Program-made: the position numbers and the translations under genes
Part shown: positions 19,570-29,792 of the stretch, in pieces
Numbering within the stretch: the stretch's first letter is position 1
Layout of the letters: every line of letters starts with the position of its first letter
DNA from: Candidatus Woesearchaeota archaeon
Lineage (GTDB): Archaea > Nanobdellota > Nanobdellia > Tiddalikarchaeales > Tiddalikarchaeaceae
Length of the DNA: 64,000 bases
Direction of reading: 5' to 3'
NCBI GenBank assembly: GCA_964457955.1
Contig: CAYWEY010000004.1
Span: 1,883 to 65,882 of the forward strand
Notes under the pieces: model-generated
Told to the model about the DNA's origin: nothing
The model's database searches: none
What the model saw: the letters and a program-made list of their open reading frames with translations, nothing else

Positions 19570-21150
19570 CTAATCCGTGCAGGATTTTACAAAACTAAGA
19601 AACAATGGATTAGGTATTTCAAAACGGCTTGTGAATTCAGGATGAGCTTGTGTTGCAATGAAGAAATCATTATTTCTTAATTCAATGAACTCAACCAGTT
19701 TTTTGTCAGGACTCAAACCGCTCAAGACTAAACCATTCTTCTCTAGTATTTCATGATATTCAGGATTAACCTCGTATCTGTGGCGGTGGCGTTCAAAAAC
19801 CTTGTCTTCACTGTAAATTTTGTTAACAATACTATTCTCCTTCAGAACAGCAGGATATTCTCCCAATCTCATAGTCCCTCCTTTTTTCTTTATTTTTTTC
19901 TGCTCAGGAAGTATGTCAATCACAGGATGTTTTGTATTAGGATTCACTTCTGTACTATGAGCATCACTTAATCCGCATACATTACGACTATACTCAACAA
20001 CTGCCAACTGCAGTCCAAGACATAATCCTAAAAAGGGTTTGTTATTCTCTCTGCAGTACTTTATTGCCTTAATCTTTCCTTCTATTCCTGTCTTCCCGAA
20101 TCCTCCTGGCACTATTACTCCATCCATCTTTTCCAGAATGTCAGAATTTATTCTCTTGCTATTAATCCATTCTATCCTTAATTTTTTATTAAGATGAGAA
20201 CATGAATGAATCAAAGCATGTTTAATACTTATATAACTGTCTTTCAGACTATAATCTCCAATATCCAAGTATTTTCCTACAATACCAATTGTCACTTCTT
20301 TTTCTGCATTATTAAAATTATGAACTAGTCTCCTCCATTCTTTTAAACCATCAGAAGCAGTTTTTATCCCAAGCTTGTTGAATATTATTTTATCAATCTC
20401 CTGCTCTAAGAGTATGAGAGGAACTTCATAAACATTTTTTGTATGAGGACAGCTGAAAATACAGTCATTGCTTACCCCGCAGAATAAACCTATTTTTTTC
20501 TTACGCACTTCATCAAGTTTTTTCTCACTTCTGCCCACAATAATATCTGGCTGGATTCCAATCTCTCTTAATTTTCTTACGCTCTGCTGAGTAGGTTTTG
20601 TTTTCATCTCACCAAGGTTCTTGGGTATGGGCAGGTAACTTACATGACTGAACAAGATATCATCATCATTCTTCAGCTTCATTTGACGCGCTGATTCAAG
20701 GAAAAGAACATTCTGATAATCACCTACAGTACCACCTATCTCAATCACTATTATATCAAAATCTTTTCCACATTCCTTAATCCTTCTTATTATTTCTTCA
20801 GGAATGTGGGGGATTACTTCAACAGTTTTTCCCAAATAATCTCCTTTCCTAATAACATTCTGATAAACTTGTCCTGTAGTAATATTATTCTTTCTCGGAA
20901 AATCTTGATTCAGGAATCGCTCATAATTACCTAAGTCTTGGTCAATCTCTCCACCACACTTAGTAACCCATACTTCACCATGCTCAGTAGGTCTTAAAGT
21001 GCCTGCGTCAACATTAATGTAAGGATCAATCTTAATACAAGTAACTCTGTAACCCCTGCTTTTAATAATACGCGCAATACTGCTCGTGATTATGCCTTTT
21101 CCAAGTCCAGAAATAACTCCGCCAGTAACAAAGATATACTTTTTTGGCAT
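19570..21150 (-). CDS. pyrG: CTP synthase
   Basis: N-terminus IFVTGGVISGLGKGI...DPYINVDAGT plus a C-terminal GATase domain. 526 aa. Confidence 0.9.
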   Translation of the reverse strand: MPKKYIFVTGGVISGLGKGIITSSIARIIKSRGYRVTCIKIDPYINVDAGTLRPTEHGEVWVTKCGGEIDQDLGNYERFLNQDFPRKNNITTGQVYQNVIRKGDYLGKTVEVIPHIPEEIIRRIKECGKDFDIIVIEIGGTVGDYQNVLFLESARQMKLKNDDDILFSHVSYLPIPKNLGEMKTKPTQQSVRKLREIGIQPDIIVGRSEKKLDEVRKKKIGLFCGVSNDCIFSCPHTKNVYEVPLILLEQEIDKIIFNKLGIKTASDGLKEWRRLVHNFNNAEKEVTIGIVGKYLDIGDYSLKDSYISIKHALIHSCSHLNKKLRIEWINSKRINSDILEKMDGVIVPGGFGKTGIEGKIKAIKYCRENNKPFLGLCLGLQLAVVEYSRNVCGLSDAHSTEVNPNTKHPVIDILPEQKKIKKKGGTMRLGEYPAVLKENSIVNKIYSEDKVFERHRHRYEVNPEYHEILEKNGLVLSGLSPDKKLVEFIELRNNDFFIATQAHPEFTSRFEIPNPLFLSFVKSCTD

Positions 21151-21235
21151 AATAAAAAAAATAATTGATTAATTAAAAATTTTTATATAAATATGGAAAT
21201 AAATTTAAAAACAAATTTCTTTTCATAAAAATATT

Positions 21236-22375
21236 ATGGATGAACTGGTAAAAAAGATTAGTATTGATGATAAGGAAATCATAATTGTTGGTACTGCTCA
21301 TGTTTCTGAAAAAAGCAGAAGTTTTGCTGAAAAAATAATTAAGGAAACCAGTCCTGATGCAGTTGGAGTGGAACTATGCCAGAAAAGGTATAATAAGCTT
21401 GTTAATGAAAAAGAATGGGATAATAAGAAATTATTAGAAGTGATAAGTAAAGGAGATTTCAAAATCTTGTTGTACCAGACTATTCTTTATTGGTTTCAGC
21501 AGAAAGTGGGGAAAGATTTGGATGTTAATCCTGGAAGCGAAATGGTTGAAGCATTAAACATTGCAGAAAAAAAAGGAGTTAAGACATATCTTGTTGACAG
21601 GGATATCAATCATACAATGAATGATTTAATAGATTCAATGAGTCTTGTTGAAAAATTAAGATTTTTTGAGCAATTATTTTCAGTAATATTTTTTGATGAA
21701 AAAATAACAAAAGAAGATGTTGAGGAATTAAAAAAAGAAGAAAATATTGACTCCATCATAAAAGAATTTGGAAAAAAAGCTCCTAATATAAAAAAAGTCT
21801 TGGTTGATAAGAGAAACAAGTACATTGCTCAAAAAATAAAGAATATTCCTGAAAATAAAATACTTGTTTTTTTAGGAGCAGGACACGTTAAAGGAGTTAT
21901 TGATTCTTTAAGAAAAAAACAAAAAATTAAGATTGTTAAAAAGAGAAAGAAAAAGAATTTGTTAACTAAAATAATACCATTATCACTAGGATTGTTTTTG
22001 CTTCTTGGTTTTTTAAAATCACCAAATCTTGGTGGAGAAATGCTGATAACTTATTTAATAAGTATTATGGCAGGAGCATTAATTGGTGGAATAATAAGTC
22101 TAGCACACCCATTAAGTATTCTTGCAGGAGTATTCTCTTCACCAGTTACAGTAATTCATCCATTCCTAACCAGTGGAATGTTTTCAGCAATTGTTCAGGC
22201 AAAATATGATTCCCCAAAAATTAAGGATTTGAAAAAACTGCCTGAGATAAAGAATCTGGATAATGTTTATAAGAACAAACTCTCAAGACTTCTCCTAATT
22301 TTCGTACTTGTTAATTTTTTCACAAGTCTTGGGACAATAATAGTCTTCCCTCTTTTCATAAAAATATTAATATAA
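21236..22375 (+). CDS. TraB/PrgY-family protein with C-terminal TM segments
   Basis: IIIVGTAHVSEKS...GAGHV, the TraB-family signature. Followed by membrane helices. Confidence 0.6.
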   Translation: MDELVKKISIDDKEIIIVGTAHVSEKSRSFAEKIIKETSPDAVGVELCQKRYNKLVNEKEWDNKKLLEVISKGDFKILLYQTILYWFQQKVGKDLDVNPGSEMVEALNIAEKKGVKTYLVDRDINHTMNDLIDSMSLVEKLRFFEQLFSVIFFDEKITKEDVEELKKEENIDSIIKEFGKKAPNIKKVLVDKRNKYIAQKIKNIPENKILVFLGAGHVKGVIDSLRKKQKIKIVKKRKKKNLLTKIIPLSLGLFLLLGFLKSPNLGGEMLITYLISIMAGALIGGIISLAHPLSILAGVFSSPVTVIHPFLTSGMFSAIVQAKYDSPKIKDLKKLPEIKNLDNVYKNKLSRLLLIFVLVNFFTSLGTIIVFPLFIKILI

Positions 22376-22397
22376 TGCTTTACTAATTTTATATAAT

Positions 22398-22994
22398 ATG
22401 TTCATTGTTTTTGATGGTATAGACGGAAGCGGAAAAACAACACAAGCAGAACTTTGTAGAGACTGGTTGAATAATAATGGTAGAAAAGTAATACTCACTC
22501 ATGAACCAACAAATAATGTGATAGGTAGTCTTATTAAAAAAAATTTTTTGAAAGGAGAATTAGACACACCATTAATTGATGCTCATTTATTCAGCGCTGA
22601 CAGAGTGCTCCACTGCAAGGAATTTATAAAACCCTATCTTGATAAAGAATATATTGTGATATGTGACAGGTATTATTACAGTACAATATGTTATCAGGCG
22701 AATCAGGGAGTAAGCGAGAATTGGCTTATAAGAATGCAGAAGCCTGCATTAAAACCTGATATAGCAATAATTATTGACAGAGAACCAAGCGTTAGTTATG
22801 ATTCTGTTGTTAAGAAAAAAGGGGAAAAAAACTTAACCAAGTTTGAAAAACCCTTTTTTCTTAAAAGTTTAAGAAAGAAATTCATAAAAATTCCTTCATT
22901 ATTAAAAAAGGATAATATTAAAATTGTAGAAGGCAATAATAGTATACACGAAGTTCATGAAGAGGTTAAAAAAATATTGAGAAAATATTTATGA
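22398..22994 (+). CDS. tmk: Thymidylate kinase
   Basis: FIVFDGIDGSGKTTQ P-loop and a DRY motif (ICDRYYYS). Confidence 0.8.
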   Translation: MFIVFDGIDGSGKTTQAELCRDWLNNNGRKVILTHEPTNNVIGSLIKKNFLKGELDTPLIDAHLFSADRVLHCKEFIKPYLDKEYIVICDRYYYSTICYQANQGVSENWLIRMQKPALKPDIAIIIDREPSVSYDSVVKKKGEKNLTKFEKPFFLKSLRKKFIKIPSLLKKDNIKIVEGNNSIHEVHEEVKKILRKYL

Positions 22995-24028
22995 AAAAGA
23001 GTTACGTGCTTTACATGCTTGGAATGGGAATAAGTGTGGTAGCATTAGCAACAAGGACGAGCATAATATATCCTGATTATTTGGAGTCAATATTTTACGT
23101 AGTTAATATGATACTTCTCTCAAGCGTTTTATTAATATTTTTTCTTGAAGAAAAGTACAAGACTCAGATGAACAAGTTCCTGATACTTACAGGATTCTTT
23201 TTCTTACTCTCATGGGGTTTGAATATACTAAAAAATATAGTTGTGATTAACACGTTTGGTGTTGAAGCAATACAAATGTTTTTGATACTGTTTTTAATGT
23301 GTGGTGTTGGAAGCGCTTTACTTACGAGCATAAGCATGCATGACGAAACTCTTATTAAAAAAAATTCACTTCCAGTACTTGTGTATATTCCTGTAATAAT
23401 TTATACATTATGGATAATTTTCAGCAATCCTTACAGAATTGGTAGAATAATTTATTTGTCAATTAATTTCAGACTTTTTCTTGTACTTTATGTCTCAACT
23501 TATGCTTCAATAACTCTTTTCTTATTCGTGAACAGAGGTTTGAAAGCACTTCCTTTAAGGCAGAAATTGTTTGTTTTAAGCACAGGATTATTCATTACTG
23601 AATTGTCTGATGTGCTGCGAGAAATAGGATTATTCTCACCATTAATGAGTGTTTTCTCATTATGCGGTATAGTGATGGTTTGTTTTTCATTTCTTTTTGA
23701 ACCCACGCTCAAAGTTTACACAAAACTATTTAATAAGATGTTGTCAGAACTAAGTGAGTCTAAAGCAGAAGGTTTTAAAAAAGAACTTAAAAAACAGATT
23801 AATAATAATGAAAAATTACATATTAGAATAAATAATCTTGTTAGAGTAATTGATAATCCCAGAGTAGCGAATGTTGTTGAAAAAAAAGAATATGATGAAG
23901 TATTGCTGAAAATGATAGACTGGTATTCAAAAAATGTTAAGAAAAGTGATAAGATAATAAAAACAATTAAGAAGGATTACAGTGAACAAATGAGGATTTC
24001 AAGACAAACAGCACCAGTATTTATATAA
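22991..24028 (+). CDS. Polytopic membrane protein with C-terminal coiled-coil
   Basis: About 7 TM helices, then a charged, helical C-terminus. No family recognised. Confidence 0.5.
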   Translation: MKKSYVLYMLGMGISVVALATRTSIIYPDYLESIFYVVNMILLSSVLLIFFLEEKYKTQMNKFLILTGFFFLLSWGLNILKNIVVINTFGVEAIQMFLILFLMCGVGSALLTSISMHDETLIKKNSLPVLVYIPVIIYTLWIIFSNPYRIGRIIYLSINFRLFLVLYVSTYASITLFLFVNRGLKALPLRQKLFVLSTGLFITELSDVLREIGLFSPLMSVFSLCGIVMVCFSFLFEPTLKVYTKLFNKMLSELSESKAEGFKKELKKQINNNEKLHIRINNLVRVIDNPRVANVVEKKEYDEVLLKMIDWYSKNVKKSDKIIKTIKKDYSEQMRISRQTAPVFI

Positions 24029-24662
24029 TATTCTTAATATAATTCCATACTTCATCATGAATTTTTTCTATACTTTTCATATTATTATTTTTTGAACAAT
24101 TTATTACATGCCATTTTTCATCATTTCTCGCAATATTCAGGAAAACATTTCTTATTCTTTTTTGATAATCAACATCTTCTTCATGAATATCTTTATCCCC
24201 CCGGTTATTAATTAATTCCTGTGACAAACTTATAGGAATATCAAACAATATAGTGATGTCTGGCATAGGAAGTCTTGAATCAAGACTTTCAAGCCATTTA
24301 AGAATATTAATTCTTTCTTCTTTATCTCCGAACTTTGCTGACTGGAAAGCCATATTGCTGGCAAAATACCTGTCGCATAATACGTGAACACCCTGCTCAA
24401 GATTATTCAATATATTATCCTTCTTATCATACCTGTTTAATGCATAAAGAAGACTGGGGATTTCTGCAGGAATCTCATCCAGACCACCCATTCCGCCATT
24501 AAGATAATTCTTTATTATTCCTCCAGTATAAGAATCATAAACTGGAAAATGTATATATTCATACATTATTCCCATGCTCTTCATCTTCTCACATAAGAAC
24601 TTAATCTGTGTTGTTTTGCCACTCCCACCTATGCCTTCAAAAACAATGAACTTCCCTTTCAT
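24021..24662 (-). CDS. tmk: Thymidylate kinase paralogue
   Basis: FIVFEGIGGSGKTTQ P-loop and LCDRYFASNMAFQ DRY motif. Convergent with the first tmk. Confidence 0.75.
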   Translation of the reverse strand: MKGKFIVFEGIGGSGKTTQIKFLCEKMKSMGIMYEYIHFPVYDSYTGGIIKNYLNGGMGGLDEIPAEIPSLLYALNRYDKKDNILNNLEQGVHVLCDRYFASNMAFQSAKFGDKEERINILKWLESLDSRLPMPDITILFDIPISLSQELINNRGDKDIHEEDVDYQKRIRNVFLNIARNDEKWHVINCSKNNNMKSIEKIHDEVWNYIKNII

Positions 24663-24751
24663 ACTTAAGAGAATGAACTCTTATTTTATAACAATAATTG
24701 TATTAGAATACATAATAAATTATAAAACAATAAGAACTTTTTTTTTAACTG

Positions 24752-26125
24752 ATGAATTGGCCTATTTACAAAAAAGACAACTTAGTGACAGGCAGCAAAG
24801 AATCCAATGTTGGTATAATAACTTTATGGACTAAGAAAGAAAAAATTCTGAAATATCTTGATAAGAAAGATTTTGCTGCAATAGGACAATTATATAGTAA
24901 GTATGAAGGAATAAGTTATCTAATGCGCAACTGCTTAGCTAATAAGAAGATAAGGTATTTAATAATAGTTGGCAAAGACCTCAGTGGAAGCGGTGAATTA
25001 TTAAAAAAAATTTTTGGAAAAAAAGTGAACATTAAAGGAGTTATTCATGAAGAAATACCATTAAGCAGTATGAATGATTTAAGAAAAAATGTGAAACTAT
25101 TGGATTATCGTGAATTAAAGGATTTTTCAAAACTTAAAAAAATAATTAATGATTTAGAAGAACTCCCTAATTATGGCAGTCCTGAACATTTTCCAGAACC
25201 AAAAATAAATATTCCTTCACGCTATCCTTCTGAAGAAAACGTTTTTTTAGTCAGGCAAAAAAATATTGGAGACGCATGGCTTAAAGCATTACGAAATATA
25301 ATAAGGTTTGGATATCATAAGAAGACGGAAGATGGTGGGGAACAATTAGAATTAATTAACCTAGTCACAGTAACAGATGAAGATATTAATAATCTTAGTT
25401 TCAAGAAATACTACTTATTCACGCGCGAAGAACTTAATAATTATTTTCCCCAAATACTCACTTCGAATAGTTTTGAAGGAGTTGAATACACTTACGGTCA
25501 GCGATTAAGAAATTACAAGAGTATTGATCAGATTGAAGAATTAATAAAAAAAATTAAAAAAAATAAGAACACGCGGAGAGCAGTAGGAATAATATGGAAT
25601 GTTCTTAAAGATTTGAAAAGCAGTAAGGCTCCGTGCATTAATCTTATTCAGGCAATAATCCAGGAGAATAAATTATTCTTAACTGCTTATATAAGAAGCA
25701 ATGATATCTTCAAAGCATGGCCCCTGAACGCTTATGGTTTAAGAAAACTTCAGAGAATGATGTCAGAAAAGATTGGTGCGGGTGTGGGCACGCTTACAAC
25801 AATCAGCAACAGTGCGCATATTTACAAAAGTGATTTAGAGAAAGCAAAAAAAATTCTTAAAGAAAATAAAATTAGTGCAGAAAGAACCAATGATTCGCGA
25901 GGAGATTTCATTATTGAAGTAAAGAAAAATAAGATAATAGTTGTTCAACAGGACAAGAAAGGAAAACCATTGAAAAAGTATGAAGGAAAGAATGCTAAAG
26001 AATTATGCGAGAAAATAGTTTTTAATTCAGGAATAAGCAGTATTTATCACGCAACATACTTGGGAAGAGAACTCAAGAAAGCAGAGTATTGCATAAAATA
26101 TGGTGAAGAATACATTCAGGACTGA
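24752..26125 (+). CDS. thyA: Thymidylate synthase (ThyA-type core) with about 165-aa N-terminal and about 90-aa C-terminal extensions
   Basis: The core aligns by eye to ThyA: SIDQIEELIKKIKKNKNTRRAVGIIWN; catalytic Cys in KAPCINLIQ (aa ~295); LTAYIRSNDIFKAWPLNAYGL ~ [30 protein letters not shown] ~ GDTHLY. Confidence 0.65.
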   Translation: MNWPIYKKDNLVTGSKESNVGIITLWTKKEKILKYLDKKDFAAIGQLYSKYEGISYLMRNCLANKKIRYLIIVGKDLSGSGELLKKIFGKKVNIKGVIHEEIPLSSMNDLRKNVKLLDYRELKDFSKLKKIINDLEELPNYGSPEHFPEPKINIPSRYPSEENVFLVRQKNIGDAWLKALRNIIRFGYHKKTEDGGEQLELINLVTVTDEDINNLSFKKYYLFTREELNNYFPQILTSNSFEGVEYTYGQRLRNYKSIDQIEELIKKIKKNKNTRRAVGIIWNVLKDLKSSKAPCINLIQAIIQENKLFLTAYIRSNDIFKAWPLNAYGLRKLQRMMSEKIGAGVGTLTTISNSAHIYKSDLEKAKKILKENKISAERTNDSRGDFIIEVKKNKIIVVQQDKKGKPLKKYEGKNAKELCEKIVFNSGISSIYHATYLGRELKKAEYCIKYGEEYIQD

Positions 26126-26132
26126 TCCTTAA

Positions 26133-26143
26133 TTTTTTTTTTT
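26133..26143 (+). terminator. Oligo-T tract (11 T) immediately after the thyA stop. Archaeal intrinsic-terminator-like.
   Basis: T11 run 8 nt after the TGA at 26123-26125. Confidence 0.3.
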
Positions 26144-26267
26144 ATTCAATAATATTCCTTTATAAAAACCAATTCCGTGTTTCTTAAAATCTTTAATTCC
26201 TTTAACTAATTTTTTGCAAGCACTCTTTTTTTTTCATCCCATAATTCCTGAAGCGAATAATCATCAA

Positions 26268-26885
26268 TTAATTTTTCATAACATCATTATTAATGATGGC
26301 CTTTGGTTTATCCAGGTTCTCTCTTTTAATTTTTTTATAATCCCATCCATTAATTCTGCACAAATACTTGGCACTTTTTCTTAATGTCACTGCTGAAACC
26401 CCAACAATTTCTGACAATTCTTCCTGATATATTCTTTCAGGACTAAACAAGTATAGTAAAGCACCGCACAATCCATTAGGGTCTTTACCTGCTCCTATAC
26501 TAATCTTGTTAATATTTAATGAATCATAACTTATTCCCACATATTCACATATCTTTGTTAAGTAAGTTTTAAAACTATTATTGTTATAAACATACTTCAT
26601 TCCAAGCATTCTTGTTATATGTTTCTCAGTCTGGAAAACTTTTCTTTTTGAACTGCTCTCTCCTTCTTTAACTATTTCGTCAAGACTTAATCCAATATTA
26701 TTTTTTTTCGAAACTATACGTATACTCCCATCAATTATTTGTTCAACGCTTCTTCCAAGAACAACCTTGTTTTTTTTACATTTCTTGTATAACTTCCAGC
26801 ATTCAGTCTTAAAATTTTTATCTAATACCAGATTTTCTGAAACTGAATCCAGATACTTGATTGCTCTTTTATCAACATCATCCAT
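26268..26885 (-). CDS. TFB-like protein with cyclin-fold repeats only (no Zn ribbon or B-reader)
   Basis: The C-terminus (GLCGALLYLFSPERIYQEELSEIVGVSAVTLRKSAKYL) parallels the TFB cyclin repeat of the bona fide TFB at 29793-30677 (AGAIYMV...TQKEISKKVGVTEVTLRSRYKEL). There is no N-terminal Cys4 ribbon. Confidence 0.5.
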   Translation of the reverse strand: MDDVDKRAIKYLDSVSENLVLDKNFKTECWKLYKKCKKNKVVLGRSVEQIIDGSIRIVSKKNNIGLSLDEIVKEGESSSKRKVFQTEKHITRMLGMKYVYNNNSFKTYLTKICEYVGISYDSLNINKISIGAGKDPNGLCGALLYLFSPERIYQEELSEIVGVSAVTLRKSAKYLCRINGWDYKKIKRENLDKPKAIINNDVMKN

Positions 26886-26926
26886 AATGCTGTAATTAAA
26901 AAAAAAAATCTTTTTTTTAAACTTTA

Positions 26927-27448
26927 TTATTCAAGATTCTTATACCTGCCTTCATAACCTTTTTCTGATTCTTCATACATTTTCATAAAAACAATCTGAA
27001 CAATACGAGCATTCTCTTTGAGCGAGAAGCCTTCAGGATTCTGAACCATGAGTAAGAATTCCATCTTGCCTTCAAAACCCGGATCTATTACTCCTGTATC
27101 AACAGTTGCTCCACACCTTAATAACGTGCTCCTAGGCCTCATAATTCCTAGAGTGTTCTTGTCAAGAATTATTTTCTCATTTGTTCTTAGTTTGTAACAA
27201 CCAGGTTCTAAGTGAATCCATCCATACTCGTCACCAGGATTCTCCTTCTCCCACTTAATTATTTTTGTTTCAGGCAGCTTTCTTTCACTGTTGCTGAAAT
27301 CAACTCTGCCTCTTGTCTTGAAAGAATAAACCTTTTTTACTGTGACATCAAATCCTCCCGGGCTGACCTGAGTGCCTAAGTCTACGTAATTCTCCACTAA
27401 TTCACCTTCTTTTATTCTCTTTTTTATCTGATTATCTGACAGTATCAT
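26927..27448 (-). CDS. dut: dCTP deaminase/dUTPase-family protein (probable archaeal dUTPase)
   Basis: 173 aa with the dCTP deaminase/dUTPase fold N-terminus (ILSDNQIKKRI...). It is the second paralogue of this fold in the window and sits in the nrdD operon. Confidence 0.6.
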   Translation of the reverse strand: MILSDNQIKKRIKEGELVENYVDLGTQVSPGGFDVTVKKVYSFKTRGRVDFSNSERKLPETKIIKWEKENPGDEYGWIHLEPGCYKLRTNEKIILDKNTLGIMRPRSTLLRCGATVDTGVIDPGFEGKMEFLLMVQNPEGFSLKENARIVQIVFMKMYEESEKGYEGRYKNLE

Positions 27449-27699
27449 TTCAAAAACCTCCTTACTTCTTTTTTTAACTCTTTTTTGTCCGGAACTTTTC
27501 CGAAAAAAATTGTTTCATCATTAACAGCAATGCTTGGTGTCTCCATAACTTGGTGCATTAATCCTTCATACAAATCTTTCTTAATATCCACAATTCTGAA
27601 ACCTGTTTTTAATTCTTCACTAATTTCTCTGCATAACTTTTTTGCTTTAGGACAATTAGGACAAGTTGGCATAGTGAAAACAGTTATAATGTTTTTCAT
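27445..27699 (-). CDS. Glutaredoxin/NrdH-like thioredoxin-fold protein
   Basis: 84 aa with a CPNCP active site near the N-terminus. Overlaps nrdD by 4 nt. Confidence 0.6.
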   Translation of the reverse strand: MKNIITVFTMPTCPNCPKAKKLCREISEELKTGFRIVDIKKDLYEGLMHQVMETPSIAVNDETIFFGKVPDKKELKKEVRRFLK

Positions 27700-29753
27700 A
27701 AATCATACCTCTTACGGTCTTTTAATTCTGCTTTTTTACCTTTATTCCATGCTTTAATCCTGGTTAAATAACCAGTCACTCTTGAATACCATTCTATTTT
27801 TTTACTCCTACAGCTTGGACACTTATTCTTCAAACCCCCGCTCACTTTATTGCAGTCCATGCATACACTCATGTCTTTAGTGAACGCCCAGTAAGAACAT
27901 AAAGTCTTATTTGCTATCTTCTTAATCATTTTTGTTATAGCATGCGGGTCAGGACTCTTCTCACCCAACCAGATATGGCTTATCGCTCCACCCATTAAAA
28001 GCGGGTGGAAACTGCTCTCTATCTTCAGCCTCTTCCATAAAGGAATATCAGCACCAACAAATACGTGGCTGCTGTTAGTGTAGTAAACACTGTTTGTTCC
28101 TTTCTTCCCTTTAGCAACTGTCCTGCCGTTGAATTTTTTATCAAGCTTGGCGAATCTCTGCGCAGTGCTTTCTGCAGGAGTCTGAACAAGACTCCATCTC
28201 TGCTCCGTCTTATTCTGCATTTCAATAGTCTTCTTTTTAAGAACATCAATTATTCTTAATCCAAACTTCCATGCATCCCTGCTTTCATGAAGTTCTTCAC
28301 CAGTCATTATCTTAACAAGTTCATTAAGCCCTACAAAACCAATACTATTAGTGCTTGATTCAAGATTAAAATAAGGTTTCCCGTCAAACTCTTGAGTCAG
28401 GAAAGGAGCACCACCATTCAATAAGTATTTTCTTAAAAACTTTCTTTTAGCATCAAAAACTAACTGCGCAACTTCGAAACGCTCACTTATTATTTCACGC
28501 ATCCTGTCTTCATCTCCTTCACACTGGTAACCAATATTGGGCAGATTAATAGTTACAGTCTGAAGGCTTCCAAACCTGAACTCTCCTTTCTCCACTTCCT
28601 TCATCTGCTTACTGTCCGGAATTAAGAAATACCTGCAGCACTGGCTTTGCACAGCATTAGGCATATATGGTGCTGCAAGATTTAAAAAATAAGGCGCTCC
28701 GTACTTGCTCACTAACTCGCTTATTTTATTTAAAGTATTATCATATTTTTTTGTCTTAACAACATTTCTTCTCAGCTTGAACTCTGGTTTAGGAAAACTG
28801 AAACACTTGCCAGTATAATCTCCTTTCATATAAACATCAATGAAAGCATTCATTAATTCTTTAGCCTCATCCTCGAACTGGGAGTAGGTTAATCCTTCTT
28901 TCTCCACACCTCCTGGAAGCAGGGCATTAGTATTCTTCAAGAAGTCAGGACAACTGAATTCCAGACTGATGCTTGTGAATGCTGTTTGTCCTCCCCTGCT
29001 GAAATTACTCATATCAAGTTCGTAAATAAAGTACTGAATAATTTGTTTAATCTTTTCATAACTCAAGTCATCCACATATGGTGCGAGAACGTAATTAATG
29101 AAGTCATAACCCTGCCCACCGCTGAAAGTTGTCTGACTTGTCTGCAAGACTTTCGCCAACTGCATAACTGCACTGTTCAAGTGTTTTGCAGGACCAGCAG
29201 TAGCAGTATACACTCCCATACCATCAGTTTTTAATCCGTGCTTGAGAAAAAGTCTTGCAGGAACTTCAAAACAGAAAGGACGGGTTATGAAATAATCCAT
29301 GTCATGGATGTGAATCTCTCCTCTCATATGAGCTCTTGAGGCTTTTTCAGGAATCACGTTTAAAAGAGCGTACTCTCTTGACACTTTATCACCCATTGCT
29401 TTATGAACGAATTCAGGATTATAATAAGTATTAGCATTCTCTTTATCCATATTATATATTAATTTGGTAACGTCATGAACAGGCATTCCTACACGAGTAT
29501 ACTTGTCTCTAGCATCCTTCAATCCTAGTTCTAATAATTTTATATTAACCAATTCTCTTATTAAGGGTCCTGAAACGTATTCAAAACCAAGCTTCTCAAG
29601 TTGTTTATGAACATTCTCCGCTACTTTTCTTGCAATATTTTTAGGAAGCCCAGCTTCATGAATAAGAGTATTCTCTATTCTCTTATTGCTCTGTTTCTCA
29701 ATCCTCCCATCACTAGTCTTTACATAAACAACCATTAAGTTATTAATTCGCAT
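27696..29753 (-). CDS. nrdD: Anaerobic (class III) ribonucleoside-triphosphate reductase
   Basis: C-terminal Zn site CMDCNKVSGGLKNKCPSC and glycyl-radical motif YSRVTGYL. 685 aa. Confidence 0.9.
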   Translation of the reverse strand: MRINNLMVVYVKTSDGRIEKQSNKRIENTLIHEAGLPKNIARKVAENVHKQLEKLGFEYVSGPLIRELVNIKLLELGLKDARDKYTRVGMPVHDVTKLIYNMDKENANTYYNPEFVHKAMGDKVSREYALLNVIPEKASRAHMRGEIHIHDMDYFITRPFCFEVPARLFLKHGLKTDGMGVYTATAGPAKHLNSAVMQLAKVLQTSQTTFSGGQGYDFINYVLAPYVDDLSYEKIKQIIQYFIYELDMSNFSRGGQTAFTSISLEFSCPDFLKNTNALLPGGVEKEGLTYSQFEDEAKELMNAFIDVYMKGDYTGKCFSFPKPEFKLRRNVVKTKKYDNTLNKISELVSKYGAPYFLNLAAPYMPNAVQSQCCRYFLIPDSKQMKEVEKGEFRFGSLQTVTINLPNIGYQCEGDEDRMREIISERFEVAQLVFDAKRKFLRKYLLNGGAPFLTQEFDGKPYFNLESSTNSIGFVGLNELVKIMTGEELHESRDAWKFGLRIIDVLKKKTIEMQNKTEQRWSLVQTPAESTAQRFAKLDKKFNGRTVAKGKKGTNSVYYTNSSHVFVGADIPLWKRLKIESSFHPLLMGGAISHIWLGEKSPDPHAITKMIKKIANKTLCSYWAFTKDMSVCMDCNKVSGGLKNKCPSCRSKKIEWYSRVTGYLTRIKAWNKGKKAELKDRKRYDL

Positions 29754-29792
29754 CCCTTAATTAAAAATAATTATGTATATTGGTTATTGTTT

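Noticed and set aside
14352-29753. Idea that duplicated tmk and dcd-family genes signal a DNA hypermodification pathway or viral island
   Set aside because: Archaea commonly carry Dcd plus a Dut paralogue of the same fold, and two Tmk paralogues. No integrase, capsid gene or att-like repeats are present. Only the ThyA extensions remain noteworthy.
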